A program made the position numbers and the translations under genes. 64,000 nucleotides of DNA from Polyangiaceae bacterium (GTDB lineage Bacteria > Myxococcota_A > Polyangia > Polyangiales > Polyangiaceae), in assembly GCA_050287085.1 (NCBI GenBank), contig JBNKBE010000003.1:207350-271349 (forward strand). Reading direction: 5' to 3'. Positions 7,881 through 16,849 of this stretch are shown here, in pieces. The stretch's first letter is position 1. The number at the start of each line of letters is the position of its first letter. The notes under the pieces are model-generated. The model was not told the origin of the DNA. It saw only the letters and a list, made by a program, of their open reading frames with translations, and ran no database searches.

Positions 7881-10214
7881 ATGAAACAGCTACTACACCT
7901 GGGCAGCACAGGCGACGGCTCACAGGCAGAATCGTCGACTTTCGATGCGGACAAGCTCACGCGTCACGGCGTGATACTGGGAATGACGGGCTCGGGCAAA
8001 ACTGGGCTCGGCATTGTCCTGCTCGAGGAGCTCGCGCGTCTGAGCATTCCGTGTCTTATAATCGATCCCAAGGGCGACATGGGCAATCTGCTGCTCAATT
8101 TCGCCGGCCAAAACGCGAGTGCGCTGGAGCCATGGGTGGACCCCGCCACAGCGCGCCAAGCAGGCGTTACGGCGTCCGAGCTAGCGGCGAGCGAACATCA
8201 GAAGTGGCGCGAGGGAACGGCCCGCGCAGGTCTCGATTTCGATGACCCTTCGCTGTGCTTGCGCGACCGCTTCCAAATCCTCACCCCGGGGCTACTGCGC
8301 GGGCAGCCGATCAACCTCCTTGGCTCCCTGAACCCAACCGTCGAGCGCGATCCAGAAGGTAGCGCCGACGAATTGGACGGCCTCGTCGGCGCGATCCTCG
8401 GCATGCTCGGCCTCGATCCCAACCCGCTCACCTCCAAGCCCTACGTGCTGCTGTCAGCGCTTATCGGTCGCGCCTGGGCCCAGGGCCTCCCGCTCGATTT
8501 CCCAACATTGATTCAACAGGTGCAATCACCTCCCGTGCGCAAGTTGGGTGTCTTCCAGGTCGACACGTTTTATCCACTGGATGAACGCAACACGCTCGCG
8601 ATGAGCTTGAACAGCTTGTTGGCGTCACCCGCATTCGCGACTTGGTGCACGGGCCGTCCACTGGACATCGAGCAACTGCTGGACCGCGGGGCACCGCGCT
8701 CAACCATTATTTACCTGGCGCATGCGAGCGAGGAAGAACGCCAATTCGTGGTGGCATTGCTGCTGGGCAAGCTCATCACCTGGGTTCGCCGGCAACCCGG
8801 GACGAGTGCATTGCGCGCGCTGGTCTACCTGGACGAGGTCGCTGGCTACGCCCCACCAAACGCGATGCCCGGCACTAAACGCCCGCTCCTAACGCTGCTA
8901 AAGCAAGCTCGCGCCCAGGGTGTCGGCATGGTGTTGGCGACGCAGAACCCGGTCGATCTCGACTACAAGGCACTCAGCAACGCGGGAACTTGGTGGCTTG
9001 GAAGGCTCCAAACCCCGCAAGATCGCGCACGTGTACTCGATGGTCTGGAGCATGCCGGCCCGGCCCGGGAAGCCTTGGACAAGCAGCTAGCGTCGCTCAA
9101 GACACGAGAGTTTGTCGTCCAGCAGCTTGGAGGGCGACCGCCCACGGCGCTAGCCACGCGGTGGGCGTTGTCGTACCTGCGAGGTCCGCTCACGCCCAGA
9201 GAGATTGAAAACCTGGTCCCACACGCGCCGCCCGAAGAACAAGCCGCTGAGCCCCCGCGCGCCGATTCGCCCGTTGGACTAGAAATCATGCCCCAGGTAG
9301 CCCGTGACGCTCTTGTTTGCTTCCTGCGCCCGGACGCCCCTTGGCTCGACCAACTGGGCATCCATCTGGATAGCCCGGTGCTGCGCCCAGCGCTCGCCGC
9401 TCGCGTCTCGCTTCGCTTCGACGACACCAAGGCCGGTATTGACGAAACTGTGGAATGGGAAGCCCTGTGGTATCCGCTCGACAATCAGCTCCGAGGGAAG
9501 CCCCATCGACTCGACTACGACGAACGCGACTTCACGACTGTTGCGCCGCCAGGAGCGCGCTACGCCGAGGACTGCCCGCCGCTGGACGAACCTGCGCTAT
9601 TTCGCCAATTCAAACGTGGATTGGAGAGCGAGCTATACGCCCACGAGCGGCTCACCCTCCAAAAGAACGCCTCTCTCTCTCTGGTGAGTCGTCCCAATGA
9701 GCCCGCGGCCGACTTCGCCGGGCGCTGTCAGGCTCGCGCCGAAGAACTCGGAGACGAGGCCGCCGCCGCCCTGCGCGACAAGTACGAAGCCAAGTTCCAA
9801 TCGCTCCGACAACGCGCCAAGACAGCCGCTGATAAAGTCGAAGCGCTTGAGTTGGAAGCGAGCTCCCAGTCGCAAAACGAATGGCTGTCGGGCGCGGCGT
9901 CCTTGATCGGCCTGTTCTTGGGCGGGCGAGGCAACCTCACGGCACTCACCCGCGCCGCATCGCGTCGCACACGGACCCGCCGCGCCAATCAGAAGCTGAC
10001 TCAGGCGCAAGAACGCGCCGAAGAGTTGGAAGAAGCCGTCGCAGACCTCGAACAAGAGCTGGCGACCGAGCTCGGTGCACTGGAAAAGCACTACCGGGCA
10101 GCCGCCACGCAACTCGAACCGTTCGAGGTACGACTAGAAAAGAACGATATTCGACTCGAAGAAGTGCGCTTGTTGTGGGTGCCTGGGCCCGCGGCACGCG
10201 ACGCGCAAGAGTGA
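7881..10214 (+). CDS. HerA/DUF87-like P-loop ATPase with C-terminal coiled coil
   Basis: RHGVILGMTGSGKT Walker A, IIDPKGD, VYLDE Walker B, ARAQG, LATQNPVDLDY. Confidence 0.85.
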   Translation: MKQLLHLGSTGDGSQAESSTFDADKLTRHGVILGMTGSGKTGLGIVLLEELARLSIPCLIIDPKGDMGNLLLNFAGQNASALEPWVDPATARQAGVTASELAASEHQKWREGTARAGLDFDDPSLCLRDRFQILTPGLLRGQPINLLGSLNPTVERDPEGSADELDGLVGAILGMLGLDPNPLTSKPYVLLSALIGRAWAQGLPLDFPTLIQQVQSPPVRKLGVFQVDTFYPLDERNTLAMSLNSLLASPAFATWCTGRPLDIEQLLDRGAPRSTIIYLAHASEEERQFVVALLLGKLITWVRRQPGTSALRALVYLDEVAGYAPPNAMPGTKRPLLTLLKQARAQGVGMVLATQNPVDLDYKALSNAGTWWLGRLQTPQDRARVLDGLEHAGPAREALDKQLASLKTREFVVQQLGGRPPTALATRWALSYLRGPLTPREIENLVPHAPPEEQAAEPPRADSPVGLEIMPQVARDALVCFLRPDAPWLDQLGIHLDSPVLRPALAARVSLRFDDTKAGIDETVEWEALWYPLDNQLRGKPHRLDYDERDFTTVAPPGARYAEDCPPLDEPALFRQFKRGLESELYAHERLTLQKNASLSLVSRPNEPAADFAGRCQARAEELGDEAAAALRDKYEAKFQSLRQRAKTAADKVEALELEASSQSQNEWLSGAASLIGLFLGGRGNLTALTRAASRRTRTRRANQKLTQAQERAEELEEAVADLEQELATELGALEKHYRAAATQLEPFEVRLEKNDIRLEEVRLLWVPGPAARDAQE

Positions 10215-10230
10215 GCACCGAAAGCGCGGC

Positions 10231-11850
10231 TCAGAGTTGCGCCGTCGTATTCAGTCGTTCACGAAATGTGACTAGCCAATCTTCCATCGCAATAGGCACC
10301 CCCAGCGGCCGCATACCAGAGCCGAAGTCCACCGAGAAGGGAGCCACGAGTCGCGGTGCGCCGACGACGTGAATGGGAACGTCCCAACTATCACTTCCGG
10401 TTGCTTCATGAACGGGACTGTGGTCACCCAAAACCACTACTAGCGCATCACTGCCCACGAAGCGCGCGATGAACTGGAAGACCACTTCCAAATCATAGCG
10501 AATGGCTGCCTCGTAGGCGACATCGGCATGGGCAAGGTCAGACCACCTAATCGGGAAAACGCGAGCCGGATGCTGCCGATAGCTTGAACCGCAGGCCACT
10601 TCCTCCCAGGGCAGGACGGGCGGAACCTGACGCCATGGCACATGGCTGGTCACCAGCTTCATTTCGACATAGAGCGGTCGCTCGCTGCGGTGAATCTTTC
10701 GTCTCACCTGGTCAAGGACGTATTGATCGGGAAGTCTACCCCACCCCAGCTCCGGTCCACAGTAGTCGAAATCGTGCGCGGTCCAGGTATGCTCGAAGTC
10801 GTAAAAGCGTCCTTCTGGCCAAGGTCCTCTTGTACCCGGAAGCACGTTGAATGTCTCGTAACCGCTATGTCGCAGCCAACGACTCAAGGAATGGGCTTGG
10901 CTGCGCAGCAAGAGAGAGTACTCGATAGGTGTTGTCGTCCGAATTCCGGTGGCGAAGGTGGCATGGCAGAACCATGAGCCGCCGCCGAACGTTGGAGCCG
11001 TAAGAAAGCCGCTACGAACCGCAAGGCCTCGCTGCTCTAGGCGGGCTTGTAGCGCCGCAAGAAGCTCGGACAGGCGTGGGACTCCAGCCTCCGATTCGAG
11101 CGCACCACGCCCGTAGGACTCGATGAAGATCACGTAGATGTCGGCACCCGCGAGCGCCGCAGGGCCCGGCCACTCTCCTCCCGCGTGTCGCTTCAGCTGC
11201 GTCGCCAACTCGAACTCGAGTTTCGGCAGCTCGCGCGCAAAACGCACTTCTTCGACCAATCGCGCGGCCATACCGCGGGTGGGACTGGTGGCCACCCACA
11301 AGATGAGCCCTGCGGCAAAGGCCGAGACGATAACCCCTTGCCAGCGAGCTGCGGGCCGTCCCCATGCGCCTCTCAACAAACACGCGAGGACTCGGCCTAA
11401 GCCCCATCCCCACAGCCCCAAGCCGACAAGCAGTAACCCTCCCCAAGAAGCGACGGCCCCCGGCCCCTCGGTGTTGATCATCAAGCGCACCCACTCCGGC
11501 AGCAGCGGCGCATCGAGCACTACCCGAAATGGTCGATGATAGTAGTGGTAGAAACCGTTGTCGACGGCTCGGCCGAGCGCTAGCAGCGGAGTTACGAACG
11601 CAACGGTCCTGGCCAGGCCAAGAGCCGCTGCCTGCGGCAAGGCAAGCAGCAGTGCGACCACCAGCGCCGACAATGCCCCCAGGAGCCAGCCCCCATCCGT
11701 GAGCCGAGCGCCTGGGAGCGGATGATCGACCATGGCTCCCAAAGCCACGGCACCCCCAAGCGCCAACAAGCCGCTCGGAGTGCTCCTGAACCCTGAAGCC
11801 CACGAACGCCGCAGCGCCGATAGGAGCCGTGAGCCGGAGCGGCTACTCAA
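10231..11850 (-). CDS. Membrane-anchored alkaline phosphatase/sulfatase-superfamily protein
   Basis: About 5 N-terminal TMs; IFIESYG, PTFGGGSW, TSHVPW and LGDH metal-site motifs; overlaps the upstream gene by 8 nt. Confidence 0.75.
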   Translation of the reverse strand: MSSRSGSRLLSALRRSWASGFRSTPSGLLALGGAVALGAMVDHPLPGARLTDGGWLLGALSALVVALLLALPQAAALGLARTVAFVTPLLALGRAVDNGFYHYYHRPFRVVLDAPLLPEWVRLMINTEGPGAVASWGGLLLVGLGLWGWGLGRVLACLLRGAWGRPAARWQGVIVSAFAAGLILWVATSPTRGMAARLVEEVRFARELPKLEFELATQLKRHAGGEWPGPAALAGADIYVIFIESYGRGALESEAGVPRLSELLAALQARLEQRGLAVRSGFLTAPTFGGGSWFCHATFATGIRTTTPIEYSLLLRSQAHSLSRWLRHSGYETFNVLPGTRGPWPEGRFYDFEHTWTAHDFDYCGPELGWGRLPDQYVLDQVRRKIHRSERPLYVEMKLVTSHVPWRQVPPVLPWEEVACGSSYRQHPARVFPIRWSDLAHADVAYEAAIRYDLEVVFQFIARFVGSDALVVVLGDHSPVHEATGSDSWDVPIHVVGAPRLVAPFSVDFGSGMRPLGVPIAMEDWLVTFRERLNTTAQL

Positions 11851-13936
11851 GGGTCACGGTGAAAGAGCTCTGAAGGCGAACGCCGTCCAGCTCGGCGGCT
11901 ATCGTCGTCTCTCCGGCCTGATGTCCCTGCGCAAGTCCGCTTTCGTCGATCGTCACAATGGCGGGATCTGCGCTGGACCAAGCGACAAGCGTAGTGACGT
12001 CGACCGGGTCGTCGCTGTCGGTGTAGTAGCCAAGTGCTCTAAGCTGCGTAGCGCCATTGATGCCTTGAGCGCTTGGGGCATCCGGGACCGCGGCTACGGT
12101 CAGCGCGATCAACGCCGGTTCTGTTACGGTGATCTGCACGGACGCCTCGCGCCCTTGGTAGACCACCGTGGCTTCCGCTTCACCGGGCCCCACTGCGACA
12201 AGCTGCCCATCGACGATCGTCAGAACCTCCGGGTTGGACGAAGTCCACGTTTGGCCACCTTCCACGGGCGCCGACGAATCATCTCGATAGTGCCCCGTGA
12301 CCCCGACATCGAGCGCACACCCCTCGGGTAGATTCACTTCTGTGCCGGTTGAACTGGCCAGGGCCTTCTGACACGGATCGGTGGGCTTGCCGAGGCTCGC
12401 AGGCAGCGCTCGCTGATGTTCCGCACGGAAGCTTGCGATTTGCAGCTGCACCGGGGGCCCAAGCGCGACCTCGACGTCAAACTCCACCTCACGACTGCCC
12501 ACGTGGGCGATGATCGTCACCGTTCCAGGGGCAACGCCTGTGACCACACCATTGTTGTCAACGGTGGCCACTTTCGGATCTGAAGAGGTCCACTTGATTG
12601 CCGCGCTGCTAAGCGGCTCTCCGCTCGGCAGTCCCGCGTCGCTCAGCGACGGCGGCGCGAGCCCACTGTCGAGCACGTCAGCGAGATAGACCTTGAGCTG
12701 AAGTTCTTCCCCGAGGTTGACAACTGGCTCTCCGCTTTCGCTCGCTACGTAGGGCTCTTTGCCCGGTGGCAAAGACACCGCGCCACCATCGATGCCCGCG
12801 CCTTGAATAGTGGAAGCGTCTCCCGCGTCGGCCCCGATTCGAATGGGCTCTGGAATGTCTTCCCCCAGCTTAATGGTCGGGATCTGACCCTTGATCTCGT
12901 TCCAGGGACCGCAGGTTGGTACTCCGGGCGTCTTGGTTTCACATTCGTCCGAAACGCGAACGCCTAGAAAGCGACGCGCGTTATCCTCAACACATACCCC
13001 TTCCGGGAGCTGCGCCCGAAGCTGAACTCCGCTGCCCATGTTGTCCTGGCTCAGCGCACGCCAACCATTGAACTCACTCTGGTCCAGCGGAACGTAACAC
13101 CCCAATTCGCCACAGATGCCGTCGGAATCCGGAGGAGCGCCGACGGTCAGTCCGAAGTTCGCCTCACGGCCCTTCCTGAGATTTAGCGTAACGCGGCATT
13201 TGGCGTCCGGAAGAACGTTGTAGCCGCCGTCAAAGCACTGCTCGGTAGGAAAACAGACGGCAACGTCATCCTTCAGGTCTTCCCCGCCGCCGAAAACCTC
13301 CCGCGGCTCGTAGTCAGGGAGGTCTTTCTCTTTGATCGTCGCGGGCTGACAGACACCCGCACGGCAGGTCTGGGGATTGTCGTCGGCATCGTTCGGACAA
13401 CTGGAATCAATGAAGTCCCCATCCGCCCGGAAGTAGCCGTCACACAACCATTCGATCGGAACCCGCAACGTCGCGGCGCGGGTCTTCGGCAGAGTCGTGA
13501 TCACCTTCGTGAAGATCCGAGTCTCATCGGGCTGATTCTTCGAATGACGGATGCCTCGAACCCGTACCTCTACGGTGGGCTGCCTACCGTTCGCGTTAAT
13601 GATGGCAAACGTACTCGGCAGCGGGTTTGGACCATCAGGAGCCATGTCGTAGGTCTCATCGTGCCGGACATTGCCCCCAGGGTTATTCTTCTTCTTGTTG
13701 CTGCTGTCGGCGAGTTCGACGACCTGCAGATGCACCCTTGAGACGTCCTTCGGTAGACTCATATCGGTCTGCAGCACCACCATCAACCGCCCGCTGGGAG
13801 GCAGGTCGTCTTTCTTGCACGCCGTAATCACCACGACGAGCGCGCCGAACAAGGCCAAGAGCGAGATGGGCTTGCGCCTCAGCCCGAGGGAGAGAATCTG
13901 CCCGAAGAGGTCTGGAATTCTAGATAACATACTCAT
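11843..13936 (-). CDS. Cys-rich lipoprotein with three C-terminal bacterial Ig-like (Big_2) domains
   Basis: Lipobox VITA-C; repeats WTSSDPKVATVDNNGVVTGVAPG, WTSSNPEVLTI, WSSADPAIVTIDESG; ATG overlaps the upstream stop (TGATG). Confidence 0.85.
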   Translation of the reverse strand: MSMLSRIPDLFGQILSLGLRRKPISLLALFGALVVVITACKKDDLPPSGRLMVVLQTDMSLPKDVSRVHLQVVELADSSNKKKNNPGGNVRHDETYDMAPDGPNPLPSTFAIINANGRQPTVEVRVRGIRHSKNQPDETRIFTKVITTLPKTRAATLRVPIEWLCDGYFRADGDFIDSSCPNDADDNPQTCRAGVCQPATIKEKDLPDYEPREVFGGGEDLKDDVAVCFPTEQCFDGGYNVLPDAKCRVTLNLRKGREANFGLTVGAPPDSDGICGELGCYVPLDQSEFNGWRALSQDNMGSGVQLRAQLPEGVCVEDNARRFLGVRVSDECETKTPGVPTCGPWNEIKGQIPTIKLGEDIPEPIRIGADAGDASTIQGAGIDGGAVSLPPGKEPYVASESGEPVVNLGEELQLKVYLADVLDSGLAPPSLSDAGLPSGEPLSSAAIKWTSSDPKVATVDNNGVVTGVAPGTVTIIAHVGSREVEFDVEVALGPPVQLQIASFRAEHQRALPASLGKPTDPCQKALASSTGTEVNLPEGCALDVGVTGHYRDDSSAPVEGGQTWTSSNPEVLTIVDGQLVAVGPGEAEATVVYQGREASVQITVTEPALIALTVAAVPDAPSAQGINGATQLRALGYYTDSDDPVDVTTLVAWSSADPAIVTIDESGLAQGHQAGETTIAAELDGVRLQSSFTVTLE

Positions 13937-15018
13937 CAAAACCCCAACCTAAGCTCCAAAGTACCAAGAGTCCCCTGGGGCCCTTCAGCAGGCTGGGGAT
14001 CCTTCTGATTTAGCAAGAAATAGCCGCCCGCTGCGGCGCCCCCCAAAACGAGAGCGCCCGCCGCCACCCACAACCAAGTGCTGCTGCTGGAGCGCTCGGC
14101 ATGAGGCGGGGCCGAGACGCGTTCCGACTCAAGCTCAACTCGCAGGGTTGTGTTTTGCCCGTCTTGGACGACGGTTTCCGTCTTGTACGGCACTCGGCCC
14201 GGCGCGGTAACCTCAATGCTATGCGGCCCGCTGGGCAGCAGCCCTTCCCAGGCACCGCTCGTTACGGGCTTGCCGTCGACGAGTACCGTCGCATCCGCTG
14301 ATGATACGATGCGTAGCCGCCCTTCATGAACGTCCGGCGCCAACGTGATGGCCAGATTGGTGTCGCCCGTGACCTTGAGGGCTTCCTCGTGCGCAACATA
14401 ACCAGGCTTCCGAACCACCACCATGCGATCGCCAATGTCCACCCGCAGAGGCCCCGCAAGGGGTGTAGTTCCCGCTTCAACCCCGTCCACGAATACGCTC
14501 GCCCCGGGTTGATCGACGGTGACGGCTAGGTCTGCGATGAAGGCATCAATGGTCTGCAGCAGCGTCTCGGCCTTGCTCTGATCGTCGGCGCTAAGATTCC
14601 GCGTTTCGGCCAGGTAACGCTTAACAAGGCGCTCCACCTCGGCGTACTGGCGTTCTCCTTTGCGGGCCGCAGCGACGTTCCAAAGCAGCCGCGGGTCCTT
14701 TGACTGGGCGTAGGCCTGTTGGAACTTGAGAGCGGCTCCCGCGTAATCCCCGTCGGTGTAGAGAATGCGAGCAGCGTCGTAGTCAGCCTTGGCAGCACCC
14801 GTCAGCTCCTCCGCAAGGCTCTGTGCTCTGGCCTCGGTGACGCGGAACGAAAGCACCATCAGGGCAATCAGCCAAGCGCCGCGATGGCCTGCGCTCCGGG
14901 GCCTCCAGCCGCCAGCGCTAGGGCTCGAAGCAGAATGACGCGCCACGCCCAGGAGAGGCGTCGCACCCGATGGCCCGACGTTGAGTTGAGAAGTTCGCCG
15001 AAAGGGAGGGTAAGTCAT
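13936..15018 (-). CDS. TPR- and PEGA-domain protein with C-terminal hydrophobic segment
   Basis: Signal peptide ..TEARA-Q; TPR-like GDYAGAALKFQQAY..LLWNVA; two PEGA repeats (GASVFVDG..GTTP, ATVLVDG..PGPHSIEV); TM WLWVAAGALVLGGAAAGGYFLL. Confidence 0.85.
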   Translation of the reverse strand: MTYPPFRRTSQLNVGPSGATPLLGVARHSASSPSAGGWRPRSAGHRGAWLIALMVLSFRVTEARAQSLAEELTGAAKADYDAARILYTDGDYAGAALKFQQAYAQSKDPRLLWNVAAARKGERQYAEVERLVKRYLAETRNLSADDQSKAETLLQTIDAFIADLAVTVDQPGASVFVDGVEAGTTPLAGPLRVDIGDRMVVVRKPGYVAHEEALKVTGDTNLAITLAPDVHEGRLRIVSSADATVLVDGKPVTSGAWEGLLPSGPHSIEVTAPGRVPYKTETVVQDGQNTTLRVELESERVSAPPHAERSSSSTWLWVAAGALVLGGAAAGGYFLLNQKDPQPAEGPQGTLGTLELRLGF

Positions 15019-15080
15019 GATTGCGAATACTTTGATCAGTTCACCACCGGCAAGCGAAGAGCAGCAGACGAGCGTCTCGA

Positions 15081-16784
15081 CTACTTGATCTCCATATCGA
15101 GAGGATTGGCCGCCCTCGGTGGTGTGGGATAGACGCGAGGTTTCGCGGGGGGACGCGAAGGCTGGGGTCGTTGAGGACGAAGCGAGGGGGGAAATCTAGC
15201 GGAGGACTGTTCCGCGGCGGATGAGCTGGTAGCAGGCACTGGAGTATCAGGCGCATCCCCAGGAGCAACGTCCCCCCCAGCCCCAATCGAAGCGCTTCCT
15301 GCCGGCGCGGGTGGCTCCGGGGGCGTAGTGCCATCAAGTCCTTCAGAGGGCGCGGCTCCGGTGGGCACGACCGTGGCCACAACACTCGAAGCCGCCCCGG
15401 CCGATGGGGTCGCAGCGACTGGGGCGGCCCGCTCGGGCGCAGAGCCCGTTGCCGCAGAGCCCGTTGCCGCAGAGCCCGGCGGCTCGCCAGCAAGCGGCTC
15501 GGTGTCGCCCCCCAGAATCAGGAATGCCCCGCCCGCACCCGCGACTCCCGCTAGCGCCAGTGCCAGCGCGAGCCTGCGACCACTACCACCACGCCGGTCC
15601 GAGCCGCTGTGAGTGCCAGCCCAAGTCCCCGCCGTTTCGTCGCGGCCGCGCGAAGTCGACGACGCTGGTGCAACCGACGACCCGGCGCCAACGGACACCG
15701 CACTCGAGCTCCGCTGGCCCCCCACGGCCGCTTCGCCGCGAGAATGAGCAGCGTGGCCGGTGCCCTCCCCCGACTGGAACGCTGAGCTCCCCGCTGCGGC
15801 TCCAGGCGCCGCCCCCACTGCCGAGGGTGCGGGCGGTACCCAAGAGTTCCGCGGCGGCGGGAGCCCGGAAACTCGAGTTAGACGCTCCAGGTTGTACTGC
15901 GACCGAGCCGGCGCCCACGGCGCCAACGCCGATGCGAACTCCGCCATGGATTGATAGCGCGCGGCCGGATCCTTGTCGAGGCAACGCAGAATCACCCGCT
16001 CCAGCTCCTCGTCCACGTCGGGGCGTAACGAACGCAATGGCGGAGGGCCGTCGCGCATGATCGCCGTCATCAGAAGCGGAAGACTCTCCGCGTCAAACGC
16101 AGGCCGGGCTGCCAGCAACTCGTAGAGAATGGTGCCAAGCGACCAGATGTCCGTCCGATGATCGACGTCGCGGGCGGAGCGCAGCTGCTCCGGCGACATA
16201 TACGCCGGTGACCCCATCAGTACCGATGGATTCGTGAGCGCCGCGGCCGAAGGCTCTGGCTCGTTCCACTTCGAGATGCCGAAATCCAACACCTTGACGA
16301 GCGGTGTGCCGTCGCGCCGGTAGGTGAGGAATAGATTCGCTGGCTTCAAATCGCGATGCACAATGCCCATGGCGTGGGCCTCGAGCATGGCTGAGCACGT
16401 CTGAATCACGTAGTCGACGGCGTCGGGGATCTGGAACGGCACCCCCTCACCGCAGTCACTCAGGTCCTGACCGTCGAGATACTCCATCACCATGTATGGA
16501 GTGCCGTCGTCCAGGTTGCCGACGTCGAGCACCTTTGCGACGTGCTCACTCTCAATCTTGACCACCGCACGCGCCTCGCGCAGGAAGCGAGCCGATATCT
16601 CCGGGTTTTCAGAAATGGCGGCGTGGACGAACTTGACGGCCACCAGACGTTCGAGCTCGAGATGGTTGGCGGAAAATACCATGCCCATCCCACCGGCGCC
16701 CAACAAGCGCTCCAGCCGGTACTTGCCGGCGACAACGTCGCCGACTTGAGGATCGAGTCCGGAGGAGGGAGTATGCTGGGTCAT
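15081..16784 (-). CDS. Membrane-anchored Ser/Thr protein kinase
   Basis: GAGGMG, VAVK, HRDLKPAN, DFG, GSPAYMSPE; single TM LALALALAGVAGAGGAFLIL; Pro/Ala-rich C-terminal tail ending NPLDMEIK. Confidence 0.95.
   Translation of the reverse strand: MTQHTPSSGLDPQVGDVVAGKYRLERLLGAGGMGMVFSANHLELERLVAVKFVHAAISENPEISARFLREARAVVKIESEHVAKVLDVGNLDDGTPYMVMEYLDGQDLSDCGEGVPFQIPDAVDYVIQTCSAMLEAHAMGIVHRDLKPANLFLTYRRDGTPLVKVLDFGISKWNEPEPSAAALTNPSVLMGSPAYMSPEQLRSARDVDHRTDIWSLGTILYELLAARPAFDAESLPLLMTAIMRDGPPPLRSLRPDVDEELERVILRCLDKDPAARYQSMAEFASALAPWAPARSQYNLERLTRVSGLPPPRNSWVPPAPSAVGAAPGAAAGSSAFQSGEGTGHAAHSRGEAAVGGQRSSSAVSVGAGSSVAPASSTSRGRDETAGTWAGTHSGSDRRGGSGRRLALALALAGVAGAGGAFLILGGDTEPLAGEPPGSAATGSAATGSAPERAAPVAATPSAGAASSVVATVVPTGAAPSEGLDGTTPPEPPAPAGSASIGAGGDVAPGDAPDTPVPATSSSAAEQSSARFPPSLRPQRPQPSRPPAKPRVYPTPPRAANPLDMEIK
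15439..15477. repeat. 15-bp in-frame tandem repeat (about 2.6 copies) encoding GSAAT in the kinase tail
   Basis: gcagagcccgttgcc x2 plus gcagagccc. Confidence 0.8.
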
Positions 16785-16849
16785 GACCGAAGCGTGAGGA
16801 GCTTAGCAGATTTGACCGCCGGCGCGGGTGCGAAGGCCGAAGGTTCGAG

